NCBI GenBank assembly: GCA_963805085.1
Contig: CAWDTA010000003.1
Location: 224,001 to 288,000, forward strand
Source: an uncultured Veillonellaceae bacterium
GTDB taxonomy: Bacteria > Bacillota > Negativicutes > JARBTT01
Length of the DNA stretch: 64,000 nt
Direction of reading: 5' to 3'
In this document: positions 26,801-35,409 of the stretch, piece by piece
Layout: every line of letters starts with the position of its first letter
How positions within the stretch are numbered: the first letter of the stretch is position 1
The notes under the pieces: generated by a model
The model's database searches: none
Told to the model about the DNA's origin: nothing
What the model saw: the letters and a program-made list of their open reading frames with translations, nothing else
Made by a program: the position numbers and the translations under genes

Positions 26801-29416
26801 GAAGGTAAGGAAGTGATCAATAATTGTTGGTGGGGAGATGGCAAGCACAGCAAAGAAACAATAGATCTCTTAAATGATCAAGAATCTCTGGATTTGATTA
26901 ATAAATGGATGATAAACGGCAAGACCCAAAAAATTGCGGAATTGTGGGTAAAAGGTTTTGCGATAGATTGGAATCTGTTTTATAGAGACACTAAGCCTTG
27001 CCGCATTAGTCTGCCTACTTATCCATTTGCTAGGGAGCGCTATTGGGTGACCGAGAACAGGAGTGGGTCTGACGGCAGCAACATAACTAGACTCAAGCAA
27101 CAGAACGGAACAGAAGCCCTAAAAACACTTGATACTCAAGAAGAAATCAAAGCAGTACCGGCTATTGAACAAGATGGGGTTCAGGAAAAAGCCGCCAATT
27201 ACTTCAAAAAGCTGCTGGCTCCCGTTTGCAAGCTGCCGATATACCGCATTGAAGCGGATGTGCAATTGGAACAATACGGGGTCGATTCTATCATGGGCAT
27301 GCAAATGATCAAGAAATTAGAAAAACTATTTGGATCATTACCTAAAACTTTAATATTTGAATACAAAACCATTAAAGATTTAACCGGATATTTTTTGGAG
27401 AACTATCGTGACCGATTGACAGAACTGTGGGGAATTGAGGATAAAGCAGCAGTCGCCGCCGAAGATTCTCAGGATTCAAAAAATTGGACAGAACCGGAAA
27501 AACTAGCCTTTGGCACTCGCCGACGTCCACTACGTTTTGCATCACTTCGTATGAAACCTCAGGATAAAAAAGCGTCCATGGATATTGCCATTATTGGTGT
27601 GTCCGGACGCTATCCCCAAGCGGGTAATATTCAGGAATTTTGGAACAACTTGCAAGGCGGTACTGATTGTATTACCGAAATCCCTAAAGACCGCTGGAAT
27701 CATAGCTTGTACTTCGATGAAGATAAGAACAAGCCAGGAAAAACTTCTTGTAAGTGGGGAGGCTTTATAGAAGATGTAGATCAATTTGATCCGCTTTTTT
27801 TCAATATCGCATTGCAGGAGGCAGAGATTATGGATCCTATGACTCGTCTTTTTTTGGAGACCGTTTGGAATTTATTTGAAGATTCAGGATATACGCGAGA
27901 GACTCTAGAGCGTGAATATCAATCCAGGGTTGGAGTTTATGTTGGTGCAATGTATCAGCAATATCATTGGTTTCATTCAGATATTATTAGAGAATCGGCA
28001 ATCTCTTTATCTTCTTATAGCTATCTTGCAAATAAAATTTCTCATTATTTTAATCTCCAAGGCCCTAGCATAGCTATTGATACCATGTGTTCATCTTCTG
28101 CCATTGCGATTCATATGGCTTGTGAGAGTTTGATAAAGGGAGATTGTCAGATGGCCATTGCCGGAGGCGTAAATCTTTCGATTCATCCGAAGAAATACTT
28201 GGCATTAAGCCCTACGCATCTACTTGCCAGCCAGATTAACAGCAGAAGTTTTGGAGATGGAGACGGGTATCTTCCTGCAGAAGGTGTTGGCGCCGTATTA
28301 TTAAAACCGCTTACGAATGCCATTCGAGATCGGGATTTAGTCCTGGCTGTAATAAAATCGACAGCAACTAATCATGGTGGGGCTAGCGCATATGGTGTCC
28401 CCAACCCGGATATACAAGCACGATTGATTGAGGAGAATTTTATAAAAGCGGAGATCAACCCTCGAACGATCAGTTATGTTGAAGCTTTTGCTGTTGGATC
28501 GCCATTAGGGGATCCGATTGAGGTCACCGCTTTAAATAAAGCCTTTCAGAAATTCACGACTGACCAGCAATTTTGTGCGATTGGCTCGGTAAAATCCAAT
28601 ATTGGTCACGCCGAAGCGGCTTCAGGGATTTCTCAATTGACTAAAGTGGTATTACAATTACAGAATAAAAAGTTAGTTCCTTCCATTAAAGCAGATCCTC
28701 TGAATCCCAATATAAATTTCGAGAATACTCCATTTTACCTACAGCGAGAACTCCAAGAATGGAAACGGCCTGTGGTAAAGATCGATGGCGAAGAACGTGA
28801 GTATCCTAGGCGGGCAACGGTGAGCTCCTTTGGGGGGGGCGGATCAAATGTGCATTTGATTGTCGAAGAATATATTTCAGGGCAAGAAAAAACAGTTCAT
28901 ACCAGCGCGGCAACCTCGCCTCAGATTGTGGTCTTTTCAGCAAAGAAACGTGATCAATTGCAGGTTGTTGTCGAGCAAATGCTTGAATTTATTAAACTGC
29001 AAAAGGAGCTTATTTTGCCTGATTTTGCTTATACCCTCCAAGTAGGGCGCGAAGCAATGGAATATCGGTTAGCAATGGTAGTGAATAACCGGGAAGAGCT
29101 AATTCAGGGGCTGAAGGAGTCTTTAGAATCATTTGAGGAAGGCAAGGAAACAGAAAAATTTATACCCAGTTTTACAGGAAATCTGGAAGTAGATCTTTTG
29201 AATATTAAGAGGCTGTTTTCCGGAAATTTAGGGGAGACCATGGTTAAAATGTTGGTGGAAGAAAAGAACCTTGAGAAAATCGCACTCTATTGGGCTCAAG
29301 GAGGTAAAATTCCATGGAAATCACTCCATGAAGGCCAGGAAGTCCGTAAGATATCCTTGCCAACCTATCCTTTTAAGAAACAACGCTGTTGGATCGAATC
29401 TCAGCCCGAGTTATAA
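23861..29416 (+). CDS. trans-AT polyketide synthase: DH-ACP-KS0-ACP-KS0, no thioesterase
   Basis: N-terminal DH (NHSAYGQELLPG), ACP GLNS, KS DTVCSSS with EAQGTGT, ACP GVDS, KS DTMCSSS with EAFAVGS. The protein ends right after LPTYPF..RCW. RBS GGAGGG upstream. Confidence 0.93.
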   Translation: MIYETFNLSTKNPIISNHSAYGQELLPGLAYIDLIFQFFKKHYYSYNEFELRNLSIYNPLIVGKNYDVLLTLQCSEIREGQWHIVVEGQERRNDGTVVLNKKRYVTAEMHKIGSVIFGETLDLNQIEHLAKSVGSLDEVYEQCQLQDLVHTGLMKAEGKIYEGETASFIDISLGQEAQPGAESFLFHPALIDGSAIGSRTLLSALVKGEERLFLPLFYESFRASELIQQRCLTRIQTSALVRKKELLYMTMEFFNESGKKVAELRNFISKLVRGAELINPNLKNTFQMEAANFSRSLLTSFQEPSNVENDLNLVTTAETEFFLQQLMADRLKKPIEQIETQVGYYEMGLNSPGLLEIVQEIETKIGVALSPTLLFEYTTIAELSAYLTENYPSKFRQYSAVTREVEQEMLGNATAQAPSTDSEVGNGVLSNDNTEEGRAAAMPAIEQDIAIIGMAGRYPKAINLQEFWTNLKTGKDCISEIPKSRWDWKLYEGVKSPSGKNISKWGGFIDDPDCFDPQFFRVTPREAELMDPQERLFLENCWEAIEDAGYTPKTLVMPQGPNKRHHVGVFVGVMHKDYTQIGAEAALHGQVVPLSLNYASIANRVSYFCNFHGPSMAVDTVCSSSLTAVHLALESIRHGECEVALAGGVNLSLHPNKYLTYGLMDMHSSDGYCHTFGKEGDGFVSGEGVGTVLLKPLHKAVQDGDHIYSVIKGSTINHGGTVSGMTVPSPIAQADMITACIKKAKVHPRTISYVEAQGTGTSLGDPIEIEGLAKAFRLYTQDLQYCSIGSVKSNIGHAESAGGIGALTKVALQLYYKTLVPSLHSEKLNPHIDFKQSPFFVQQETEEWKKPVLVEDGRQVIYPRRAGLNSYGATGSNAHVILEEYIPKQTRQQNLAVLSKNDSLTIIPLSAKDKERLHAYVKKLLEYLKEFPSDKNLYHGEINISELAYTLQVGRESMEDRVVFLVKDIPQLIEKLEAYGEGKEVINNCWWGDGKHSKETIDLLNDQESLDLINKWMINGKTQKIAELWVKGFAIDWNLFYRDTKPCRISLPTYPFARERYWVTENRSGSDGSNITRLKQQNGTEALKTLDTQEEIKAVPAIEQDGVQEKAANYFKKLLAPVCKLPIYRIEADVQLEQYGVDSIMGMQMIKKLEKLFGSLPKTLIFEYKTIKDLTGYFLENYRDRLTELWGIEDKAAVAAEDSQDSKNWTEPEKLAFGTRRRPLRFASLRMKPQDKKASMDIAIIGVSGRYPQAGNIQEFWNNLQGGTDCITEIPKDRWNHSLYFDEDKNKPGKTSCKWGGFIEDVDQFDPLFFNIALQEAEIMDPMTRLFLETVWNLFEDSGYTRETLEREYQSRVGVYVGAMYQQYHWFHSDIIRESAISLSSYSYLANKISHYFNLQGPSIAIDTMCSSSAIAIHMACESLIKGDCQMAIAGGVNLSIHPKKYLALSPTHLLASQINSRSFGDGDGYLPAEGVGAVLLKPLTNAIRDRDLVLAVIKSTATNHGGASAYGVPNPDIQARLIEENFIKAEINPRTISYVEAFAVGSPLGDPIEVTALNKAFQKFTTDQQFCAIGSVKSNIGHAEAASGISQLTKVVLQLQNKKLVPSIKADPLNPNINFENTPFYLQRELQEWKRPVVKIDGEEREYPRRATVSSFGGGGSNVHLIVEEYISGQEKTVHTSAATSPQIVVFSAKKRDQLQVVVEQMLEFIKLQKELILPDFAYTLQVGREAMEYRLAMVVNNREELIQGLKESLESFEEGKETEKFIPSFTGNLEVDLLNIKRLFSGNLGETMVKMLVEEKNLEKIALYWAQGGKIPWKSLHEGQEVRKISLPTYPFKKQRCWIESQPEL

Positions 29417-29549
29417 AAAATATATATTCCTAAAACCTATCCTTCAAAAATGATCCAACCCTAAAGAGAGAGGAGGTGAGGTTTTTTTATGGCCTCGTAA
29501 TCTTTCAAAACAAGTATTGTCTTTAAAACATTAGGAAGGGAGAGAAGCA

Positions 29550-30299
29550 ATGATGAAATCTGCAGTTGATTTACGTGAGGTCGAACCGGGCATTGTTCAA
29601 ATGACAATGCAAGACCGAGTTAATAAAAATACGTTGTCCTATGAATTGTCCATGGGCCTGATTGAAGCATTTAAATCTATTCAAGATAATTCAAGTTATA
29701 AGGTGGTGATCTTAACCGGATACGACAGCTACTTTTGTACCGGCGGAACTCAAGAAGGTTTATTATCCATATTTGAAAATAAAACAAGTTTTACCGATGT
29801 TAATCTCTATAGTCTTGCATTGGAGTGTAAAATACCTGTAATTGCTGCGATGCAAGGGCATGGAATTGGTGGTGGATTTGCTCTAGGCTTATATGCTGAT
29901 TTTGTGGTTTTGAGCAGGGAAAGTGTTTATAGCACTAATTTTATGAAATATGGCTTTACGCCAGGAATGGGGGCAACTTACATTGTGACTAAGAAACTAG
30001 GATTTAGTTTGGGAGAGGAAATGTTATTAAATGCTGGTACTTTCCGCGGAGCGGAACTTGAAAAACGGGGAATTTCATTTCCTGTATTACCACGGGAAAA
30101 AGTTATGGCTTATGCGCTTGAGTTGGCGCAACAGCTAGCTGAAAAACCAAGATTTTCATTAATCACATTAAAGGATCATCTGGTAGCTCCCCTTCGAAAA
30201 GAATTACCTGAAATTATTGAAAAAGAGATCATAATGCATGATAAGACGTTTCATCAGCCAGAGGTTAAAGATCGAATTAACACATTATTTGGAAAGTAG
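29550..30299 (+). CDS. pksI: Polyketide beta-branching enoyl-CoA hydratase/decarboxylase (PksI/BaeI-like)
   Basis: Crotonase fold motifs MQDRVNKN, ILTGYDSYFCTGG, AAMQGHGIGGG, FMKYGFTPGMG; lies next to the PKS. Confidence 0.88.
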   Translation: MMKSAVDLREVEPGIVQMTMQDRVNKNTLSYELSMGLIEAFKSIQDNSSYKVVILTGYDSYFCTGGTQEGLLSIFENKTSFTDVNLYSLALECKIPVIAAMQGHGIGGGFALGLYADFVVLSRESVYSTNFMKYGFTPGMGATYIVTKKLGFSLGEEMLLNAGTFRGAELEKRGISFPVLPREKVMAYALELAQQLAEKPRFSLITLKDHLVAPLRKELPEIIEKEIIMHDKTFHQPEVKDRINTLFGK

Positions 30300-30357
30300 T
30301 GGTGCGAATGAGAGATTTACAGTAAACTTCAATTTATTGAGGAAGGAGATTATACGT

Positions 30358-31212
30358 GTGCTTAATCTAAAAGCAAAAAATCAACCTGTCAAAGCGGCTC
30401 CTAAAAAGTATGCGCGTAGCATATGGTTAATTACATGTCTTTTTGGAGTAATCATGTTAGGGGCAGGTTGTGCTTCACGCGATGGCAAGGAGTACCAGAA
30501 AACCTTTTCTATAGAACCAGGAACTGTTCTGCAGATTTACAACAAAAATGGAGATATTGATGTAAGCAGTTGGGATCATGATTATGTTGAAGTAGCTCTC
30601 AAGCCCAACGATTGGTTTACTAGTTTCCTGAAGGGGTTCTTGAAAGAGCCAAGTATTGATGTTACAGAAGGTAATGAATTTGTTATCCGGACTCTTTATA
30701 ATACGGGATTATCCAAGATTATTCCCGTACGGTATCGGATCTCAGTGCCCAAAAAAATGTTGGTTACACATGTGGAAACCTCCATCGGGAAAATCAATGT
30801 AGAAAATGTGTCGGGGGATGTCGACGCCAAAACATCCATAGGTGAAATTCAAATCCATAAAGTGAGCGGTTTCGTTAAGGCCGTAACCAGTAATGGTAAC
30901 ATTGATATTACTGAGGTAGGCGGATTATACGAAGCATGTAATGATATAGGGGGGATTTCAGTAGAGGTTCCGGCTATTCGAGAAAACATGGAGATAAGAT
31001 CCCAAGTCGGCAGCGTTACAGTTTCCCTTTCTTCGGATATTGTTGCACAACTGGAGGCAAGTACCTCCATCGGAAGTATTGCTTATACCGATTTGCCGTT
31101 AAGTGTAAGCGAATCAGCTAAAACAAGGCTGACCGGGAGCCTTGGAGAAGGCAGTAATAGAATAAAAATTGAAAATTCTGTGGGCTCTATAACCTTGAAG
31201 AAGCTGTTATGA
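30358..31212 (+). CDS. Lipoprotein with DUF4097-like beta-strand repeats
   Basis: GTG start after an AGGAG RBS; hydrophobic signal with lipobox LGAG-C; repeated (T/S)S(I/N)GxI strands. Confidence 0.75.
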   Translation: MLNLKAKNQPVKAAPKKYARSIWLITCLFGVIMLGAGCASRDGKEYQKTFSIEPGTVLQIYNKNGDIDVSSWDHDYVEVALKPNDWFTSFLKGFLKEPSIDVTEGNEFVIRTLYNTGLSKIIPVRYRISVPKKMLVTHVETSIGKINVENVSGDVDAKTSIGEIQIHKVSGFVKAVTSNGNIDITEVGGLYEACNDIGGISVEVPAIRENMEIRSQVGSVTVSLSSDIVAQLEASTSIGSIAYTDLPLSVSESAKTRLTGSLGEGSNRIKIENSVGSITLKKLL

Positions 31213-31333
31213 TATGCAATTTTAGTAATTGGCTTGATGATCAAGGGGGATAATTCAGAAACAACAAGTCACTTGTACTTGGAAAAATTCCCAAAGTGCT
31301 ATGATTTGGATAGAACTAAAGGAGGATTAACCA

Positions 31334-32572
31334 ATGTGTAATATGAAAAATCAAGATCAGTCTGAGCTAGTTATTACTGGTATTGGGATTACTTCAGCTA
31401 TTGGTCAAGGAAAAAAAGCTTTTACCTCTGCTTTGATGCAAGGGCAGCACGCTTTTGGAGTAATGCAACGGCCCTATCGACAAAATGGAACAGCTTTTAT
31501 TGGTGCTGAGATACCTGATTTATCCTATCCGGAGAGTATTTCTAAAAAGGTACTGCGAACAGCATCATTTTCGAGTCAAGTGGCTTTGGCCACTATTCAT
31601 GAAGCTTGGGAAGAAGCAAATTTGGATGCAGTGGATCCAAAGCGTATTGGATTAATAGTTGGAGGATCCAACATACAGCAACGAGAGTTGATAAAAACCT
31701 ATGAAAGCTATAAAGATCGTCCTCACGTTATACGGCCAACTTATGGAATGACTTTTATGGACAGTGATTTATGTGGGCTTTGTACAGAACATTTTGGAAT
31801 TCGAGGTTGTGCATATACGTTGGGCGGCGCTTCGGCTAGTGGACAGCTGGCGATTCTACAAGCAGCACAAACCATTGAAACAGGTCAAGTGGATGTATGC
31901 ATTGCTGTGGGAGCCTTGATGGATATTTCTTACTTGGAATGCCAGGCATTAAGGTCTTTAGGTGCTATGGGGACAGATCAATATGCCAATGAGCCAGCGC
32001 TCGCTTGTCGACCATTTGATAAGCATCATGATGGATTTATTTATGGGGAAGCTTGTGGTGTAGTAGTGATTGAACGAGCTAATTTCGCCGTTAGGCACCA
32101 GACAAAGCCATACGCAATTCTTAAAGGCTGGGCTATGGGGATGGATGGAAATCGCAACCCAAACCCTTCGTATGATGGAGAGGTCGGGGTAATAAAAAAA
32201 GCATTGGAGCAGGCGAATTTATCTGCTAAGGATATTGATTATATTAATCCTCATGGGACAGGTTCAATAATCGGCGATGAAACAGAGATAAAGGCAATCT
32301 GTGATTGTCAATTAACTAATGCCTATATTAATGCGACAAAATCCATTACAGGGCATGGCTTGAGTGCGGCAGGTGCGGTGGAAGTCATTGCAACTCTTTT
32401 ACAGATGAAGGGATCACAGCTTCATCCTACACGCAACTTGGAAGATCCCATAGAATCTTCTTGTAACTGGGTGCGGAAAGAAGCTATTTCTCATGTAATT
32501 AAACATGCGTTAAGTTTAAGTATGGGATTTGGGGGGATGAACACGGCAATTTGTTTACAAAATACAAAATAA
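31334..32572 (+). CDS. pksF: Stand-alone malonyl-ACP decarboxylase ketosynthase (PksF-like)
   Basis: KS fold with active-site Cys replaced by Ser (GGASASG); NPHGTGS; GHGLSAAG; SMGFGG. Confidence 0.9.
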   Translation: MCNMKNQDQSELVITGIGITSAIGQGKKAFTSALMQGQHAFGVMQRPYRQNGTAFIGAEIPDLSYPESISKKVLRTASFSSQVALATIHEAWEEANLDAVDPKRIGLIVGGSNIQQRELIKTYESYKDRPHVIRPTYGMTFMDSDLCGLCTEHFGIRGCAYTLGGASASGQLAILQAAQTIETGQVDVCIAVGALMDISYLECQALRSLGAMGTDQYANEPALACRPFDKHHDGFIYGEACGVVVIERANFAVRHQTKPYAILKGWAMGMDGNRNPNPSYDGEVGVIKKALEQANLSAKDIDYINPHGTGSIIGDETEIKAICDCQLTNAYINATKSITGHGLSAAGAVEVIATLLQMKGSQLHPTRNLEDPIESSCNWVRKEAISHVIKHALSLSMGFGGMNTAICLQNTK

Positions 32573-32592
32573 ATTGTGAAAGGAGAAAGCTT

Positions 32593-32630
32593 TTGAGTTG
32601 TGTTGGATTGAAGCAATGAATGTTTTTTAG
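32593..32630 (+). pseudogene. 5' stub of a PksG-type HMG-CoA synthase gene
   Basis: AGGAG RBS at 32581, TTG start, then LSCVG / 1-nt frameshift / IEAMNVF-stop. This matches the (V/A)GIEAMNVF N-terminus of PksG/BaeG and sits in the expected position after pksF. Confidence 0.65.
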
Positions 32631-32702
32631 AAATTAAAATGAAAGTTAGTCGAGTTAGGTAAAACAAATAAAAATCTATTAAAAGGGAGATATTAATAAA
32701 TT

Positions 32703-33557
32703 ATGAGCGTATACATTTTTCCAGGACAAGGGTCTCAAAGTAAAGGAATGGGTGGAAGTTTTTTTGATGAATTTGAAGAATTAGTATCGCAAGCAGATGA
32801 GATTTTAGGATATTCAATAAAGGAACTATGCATGAATGATCCAAATTTAAATTTAAGTCAAACACAATATACTCAACCAGCTTTATATACAGTAAATGCG
32901 TTAAGTTATTTAAAAAAAATACAGGAAAATGAAAGAAAACCGGATTTTGTCGCTGGTCACAGTTTGGGAGAATATAATGCATTATTTGCGGCAGGGGCCT
33001 TTGATTTTGGAACAGGCTTAAAATTGGTGAAAAAGCGGGGAGAACTGATGAGCCATGCGATCGGAGGAGGTATGGCTGCGATTATTGGGCTAAATGAAGA
33101 ACAGATAATCGATGTTTTGAAAGAAAATAATTTACAGAGTATCGATTTAGCAAATTTTAATTCCCAAACACAAATTGTCATCTCCGGCTTAAAAGCAGAC
33201 ATAGTAAAGGCTCAGACTATTTTTGAGAAAATTAAGGATGTACAGTTGTTTATCGTTTTAAAAACAAGTGGAGCTTTCCATTCGCGTTATATGAAGGAAT
33301 CGCAAGAAGAATTTACGGTGTTTTTAAATGACTTTACATTTTCTAATTTAACGATTCCCGTAATTTCAAATGTTCATGCTAGACCATATAAACAATCTGA
33401 TGTGAAAAACAATCTGATTGAACAAATCACCCATCCGGTCAAATGGTCAGAGAGCATTCAATATCTAATGGGGGTTGGAGAAACGGAATTTTCAGAGATT
33501 GGCCCTGGTAATGTTTTAACAGGATTAGTCCGGAGAATAAAAAAAGAGGTGGAGTAG
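32703..33557 (+). CDS. Discrete malonyl-CoA:ACP acyltransferase (trans-AT, PksC/FabD-like)
   Basis: [26 protein letters not shown] and EIGPG motifs. Confidence 0.93.
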   Translation: MSVYIFPGQGSQSKGMGGSFFDEFEELVSQADEILGYSIKELCMNDPNLNLSQTQYTQPALYTVNALSYLKKIQENERKPDFVAGHSLGEYNALFAAGAFDFGTGLKLVKKRGELMSHAIGGGMAAIIGLNEEQIIDVLKENNLQSIDLANFNSQTQIVISGLKADIVKAQTIFEKIKDVQLFIVLKTSGAFHSRYMKESQEEFTVFLNDFTFSNLTIPVISNVHARPYKQSDVKNNLIEQITHPVKWSESIQYLMGVGETEFSEIGPGNVLTGLVRRIKKEVE

Positions 33558-33656
33558 GTTTTTTTCAGATACACTACAGCAAGTAGAGCAAGGAATATTA
33601 AATATTGATCAAGCCGACCAATTACTACATAAATTTAATTTAATAGGAGGAGCAAA

Positions 33657-33905
33657 ATGAATAAAGAAGATATTTTTAAGATTATTGTACGTCATAGTTG
33701 TGAGGTGATTCCAGATTTAGAAGACCGTGAGATTCTGCCTAGTGATCGTTTAGTTGATTTAGGTGCAAATTCGGTGGATCGTGCCGAGATAGTAACAATG
33801 ACAATGGAGGTGTTAGAATTACAAATTCCTCGGGTGGAGTTATTTGGAGCAAAAAATATTGAAGGATTGGTTGAGATATTATATAAGAAAATACAATCAG
33901 CCTGA
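33657..33905 (+). CDS. acpK: Beta-branching donor acyl carrier protein (AcpK-like)
   Basis: DLGANSVDRAEIV signature; GGAGG RBS. Confidence 0.9.
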   Translation: MNKEDIFKIIVRHSCEVIPDLEDREILPSDRLVDLGANSVDRAEIVTMTMEVLELQIPRVELFGAKNIEGLVEILYKKIQSA

Positions 33906-34059
33906 GCTAAAAACGTCATTATAATGGCAACAGGCACCATACATTGCCATTTTAGAATGTGGGGTTTCCTTTGTGGAGATAGTTAATAACAAAGATAATT
34001 TGGGAGACAAGCCATCTAAAGATGATTCCGAATAGTACGTATAAGTGTTTTAATGCTTT

Positions 34060-34107
34060 AAAAAGTGCTGAACCCTTTTGATTTTAAAGGGTTTCGGCAC
34101 TTTTTTT
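34060..34107 (+). terminator. Rho-independent terminator at the end of the PKS cluster
   Basis: aaaaagtgctgaacccttt...aaagggtttcggcacttttttt hairpin with a T run. Confidence 0.65.
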
Positions 34108-34109
34108 GC

Positions 34110-34345
34110 TTGGATTGATAAAAAAGAGGTGATTATTGATGTGATTTTCAGCGAAGAGGAACATACCTATACGATTTCTGTAAAAGATAATGGCGTCGGA
34201 TTCGATATGGAGAATTATTCTAAGTTTTTTGGAGAATTAATCCTGTCGATGAATTTGAAGGAACTGGTATCTATAAAGCCTGGATGGCAGGAAAAGTTAA
34301 TGAAAAAGCCACTTTTTTCTTTAGTTTTCCAAAAGGGAATAGTAG
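34110..34345 (+). pseudogene. Fragment of a sensor histidine kinase ATPase (HATPase_c) domain
   Basis: VKDNGVGFDM G1 box in one frame; EFEGTGI and AWMAGKVNEKATFFFSFP in shifted frames; no N-terminal part. Confidence 0.7.
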
Positions 34346-34485
34346 ACTGTCCTCCAGAACCTTATCCGCTTTGCCGGATGTGGTTTGTTAGTACAAACTA
34401 TTTAGCCCCCAAAAATTTGATTCGTAAAAATTAGATCAAGATAAAATTTTTATTAAAACCACTATAATTTGTAATCGGCGTAACG

Positions 34486-34514
34486 TTGACAATGCATATA
34501 TATGATACTATACT
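34486..34514 (+). promoter_or_regulatory. Sigma-A promoter of the pxp operon
   Basis: TTGACA-17 bp-TATACT. Confidence 0.8.
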
Positions 34515-34541
34515 TATTCGTAGGTAATTAAATGAATTTTG

Positions 34542-34592
34542 AAGCAATGGCGCTTTAAACAGAGTAAATAGCTTTGTTCATTGCGCCTTTTT
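34542..34592 (+). promoter_or_regulatory. Leader terminator overlapped by an ANTAR-type hexaloop hairpin
   Basis: AAGC-AATGGC-GCTT hairpin overlaps the 5' arm of a GGCGC...GCGCC-TTTTT terminator between the promoter and pxpA. Confidence 0.55.
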
Positions 34593-34617
34593 GTTTATTA
34601 AAAATGAGGTGTAAGCA

Positions 34618-35394
34618 ATGTGTGTAATTGATTTAAACAGTGATTTAGGTGAAAGTTTTGGTGCCTATAAAATCGGTATGGATGAAAAGGTATTGTCATT
34701 TATTACTTCAGCAAATATTGCCTGTGGTTTTCATGCTGGTGATCCTAGTGTGATGCATAAGACCGTAAAACTCGCAATAGCGAATGGTGTAGCAATTGGT
34801 GCTCATCCAGGTGTGCCTGATTTGATTGGGTTTGGCCGCAGGGAAATGGTAATTTCAGCGCAAGAGGCTTATGATATGGTGGTGTATCAAGTAGGTGCTT
34901 TGTATGGATTTGTAAAAGCAGAGGGTGCGGCCATGCAACATGTAAAACCGCATGGTTCTCTTTATAACATGGCGGCAAGAAGGCCGGAACTTGCTGAAGC
35001 AATTGCTGAGGCAATTTATAAGGTTGATCCAGAACTTACTTTATTTGGACTATCGCACAGCGAGTTGACCAAAGCTGGCAGAAAAATTGGTTTGAAAACA
35101 GCAGAGGAAGTTTTTGCTGATCGAACTTATCAAAAAGATGGTTCACTTACACCACGGAAACTTGCAAATGCAATGATTACTGATCAAGATGAATCAATAA
35201 AGCAAGTATTGCGTATGATTAAAGCCGGTAAGGTCATGACCTGCCAAGGCGAAGAGGTTGCAATTAAAGCTGACACCGTTTGTATCCATGGCGATAGTGA
35301 ACATGCTTTGGCGTTTGCAAATCATATCAATGAAACATTAAAAAAAGAAAAAGTGACTGTCCAAGCAATTGGACGTAAATATATAGAGAAATAA
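34618..35394 (+). CDS. pxpA: 5-oxoprolinase subunit A (LamB/YcsF family)
   Basis: [29 protein letters not shown] and CIHGD motifs. Confidence 0.95.
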   Translation: MCVIDLNSDLGESFGAYKIGMDEKVLSFITSANIACGFHAGDPSVMHKTVKLAIANGVAIGAHPGVPDLIGFGRREMVISAQEAYDMVVYQVGALYGFVKAEGAAMQHVKPHGSLYNMAARRPELAEAIAEAIYKVDPELTLFGLSHSELTKAGRKIGLKTAEEVFADRTYQKDGSLTPRKLANAMITDQDESIKQVLRMIKAGKVMTCQGEEVAIKADTVCIHGDSEHALAFANHINETLKKEKVTVQAIGRKYIEK

Positions 35395-35409
35395 ATTTAA
35401 AATGGAGGG

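Noticed and set aside
560-29453. Many short antisense or alternate-frame ORFs inside the PKS genes
   Set aside because: They overlap long, motif-rich PKS frames, lack RBSs, and recur simply because the PKS sequence is repeated.
30238-30357. Longer ORF-track start for the lipoprotein (and likewise for pdxS, pdxR, livK1 and NlpC/P60)
   Set aside because: Downstream starts generally have better RBSs and give proper N-termini; the extensions overlap neighbouring genes or leaders.
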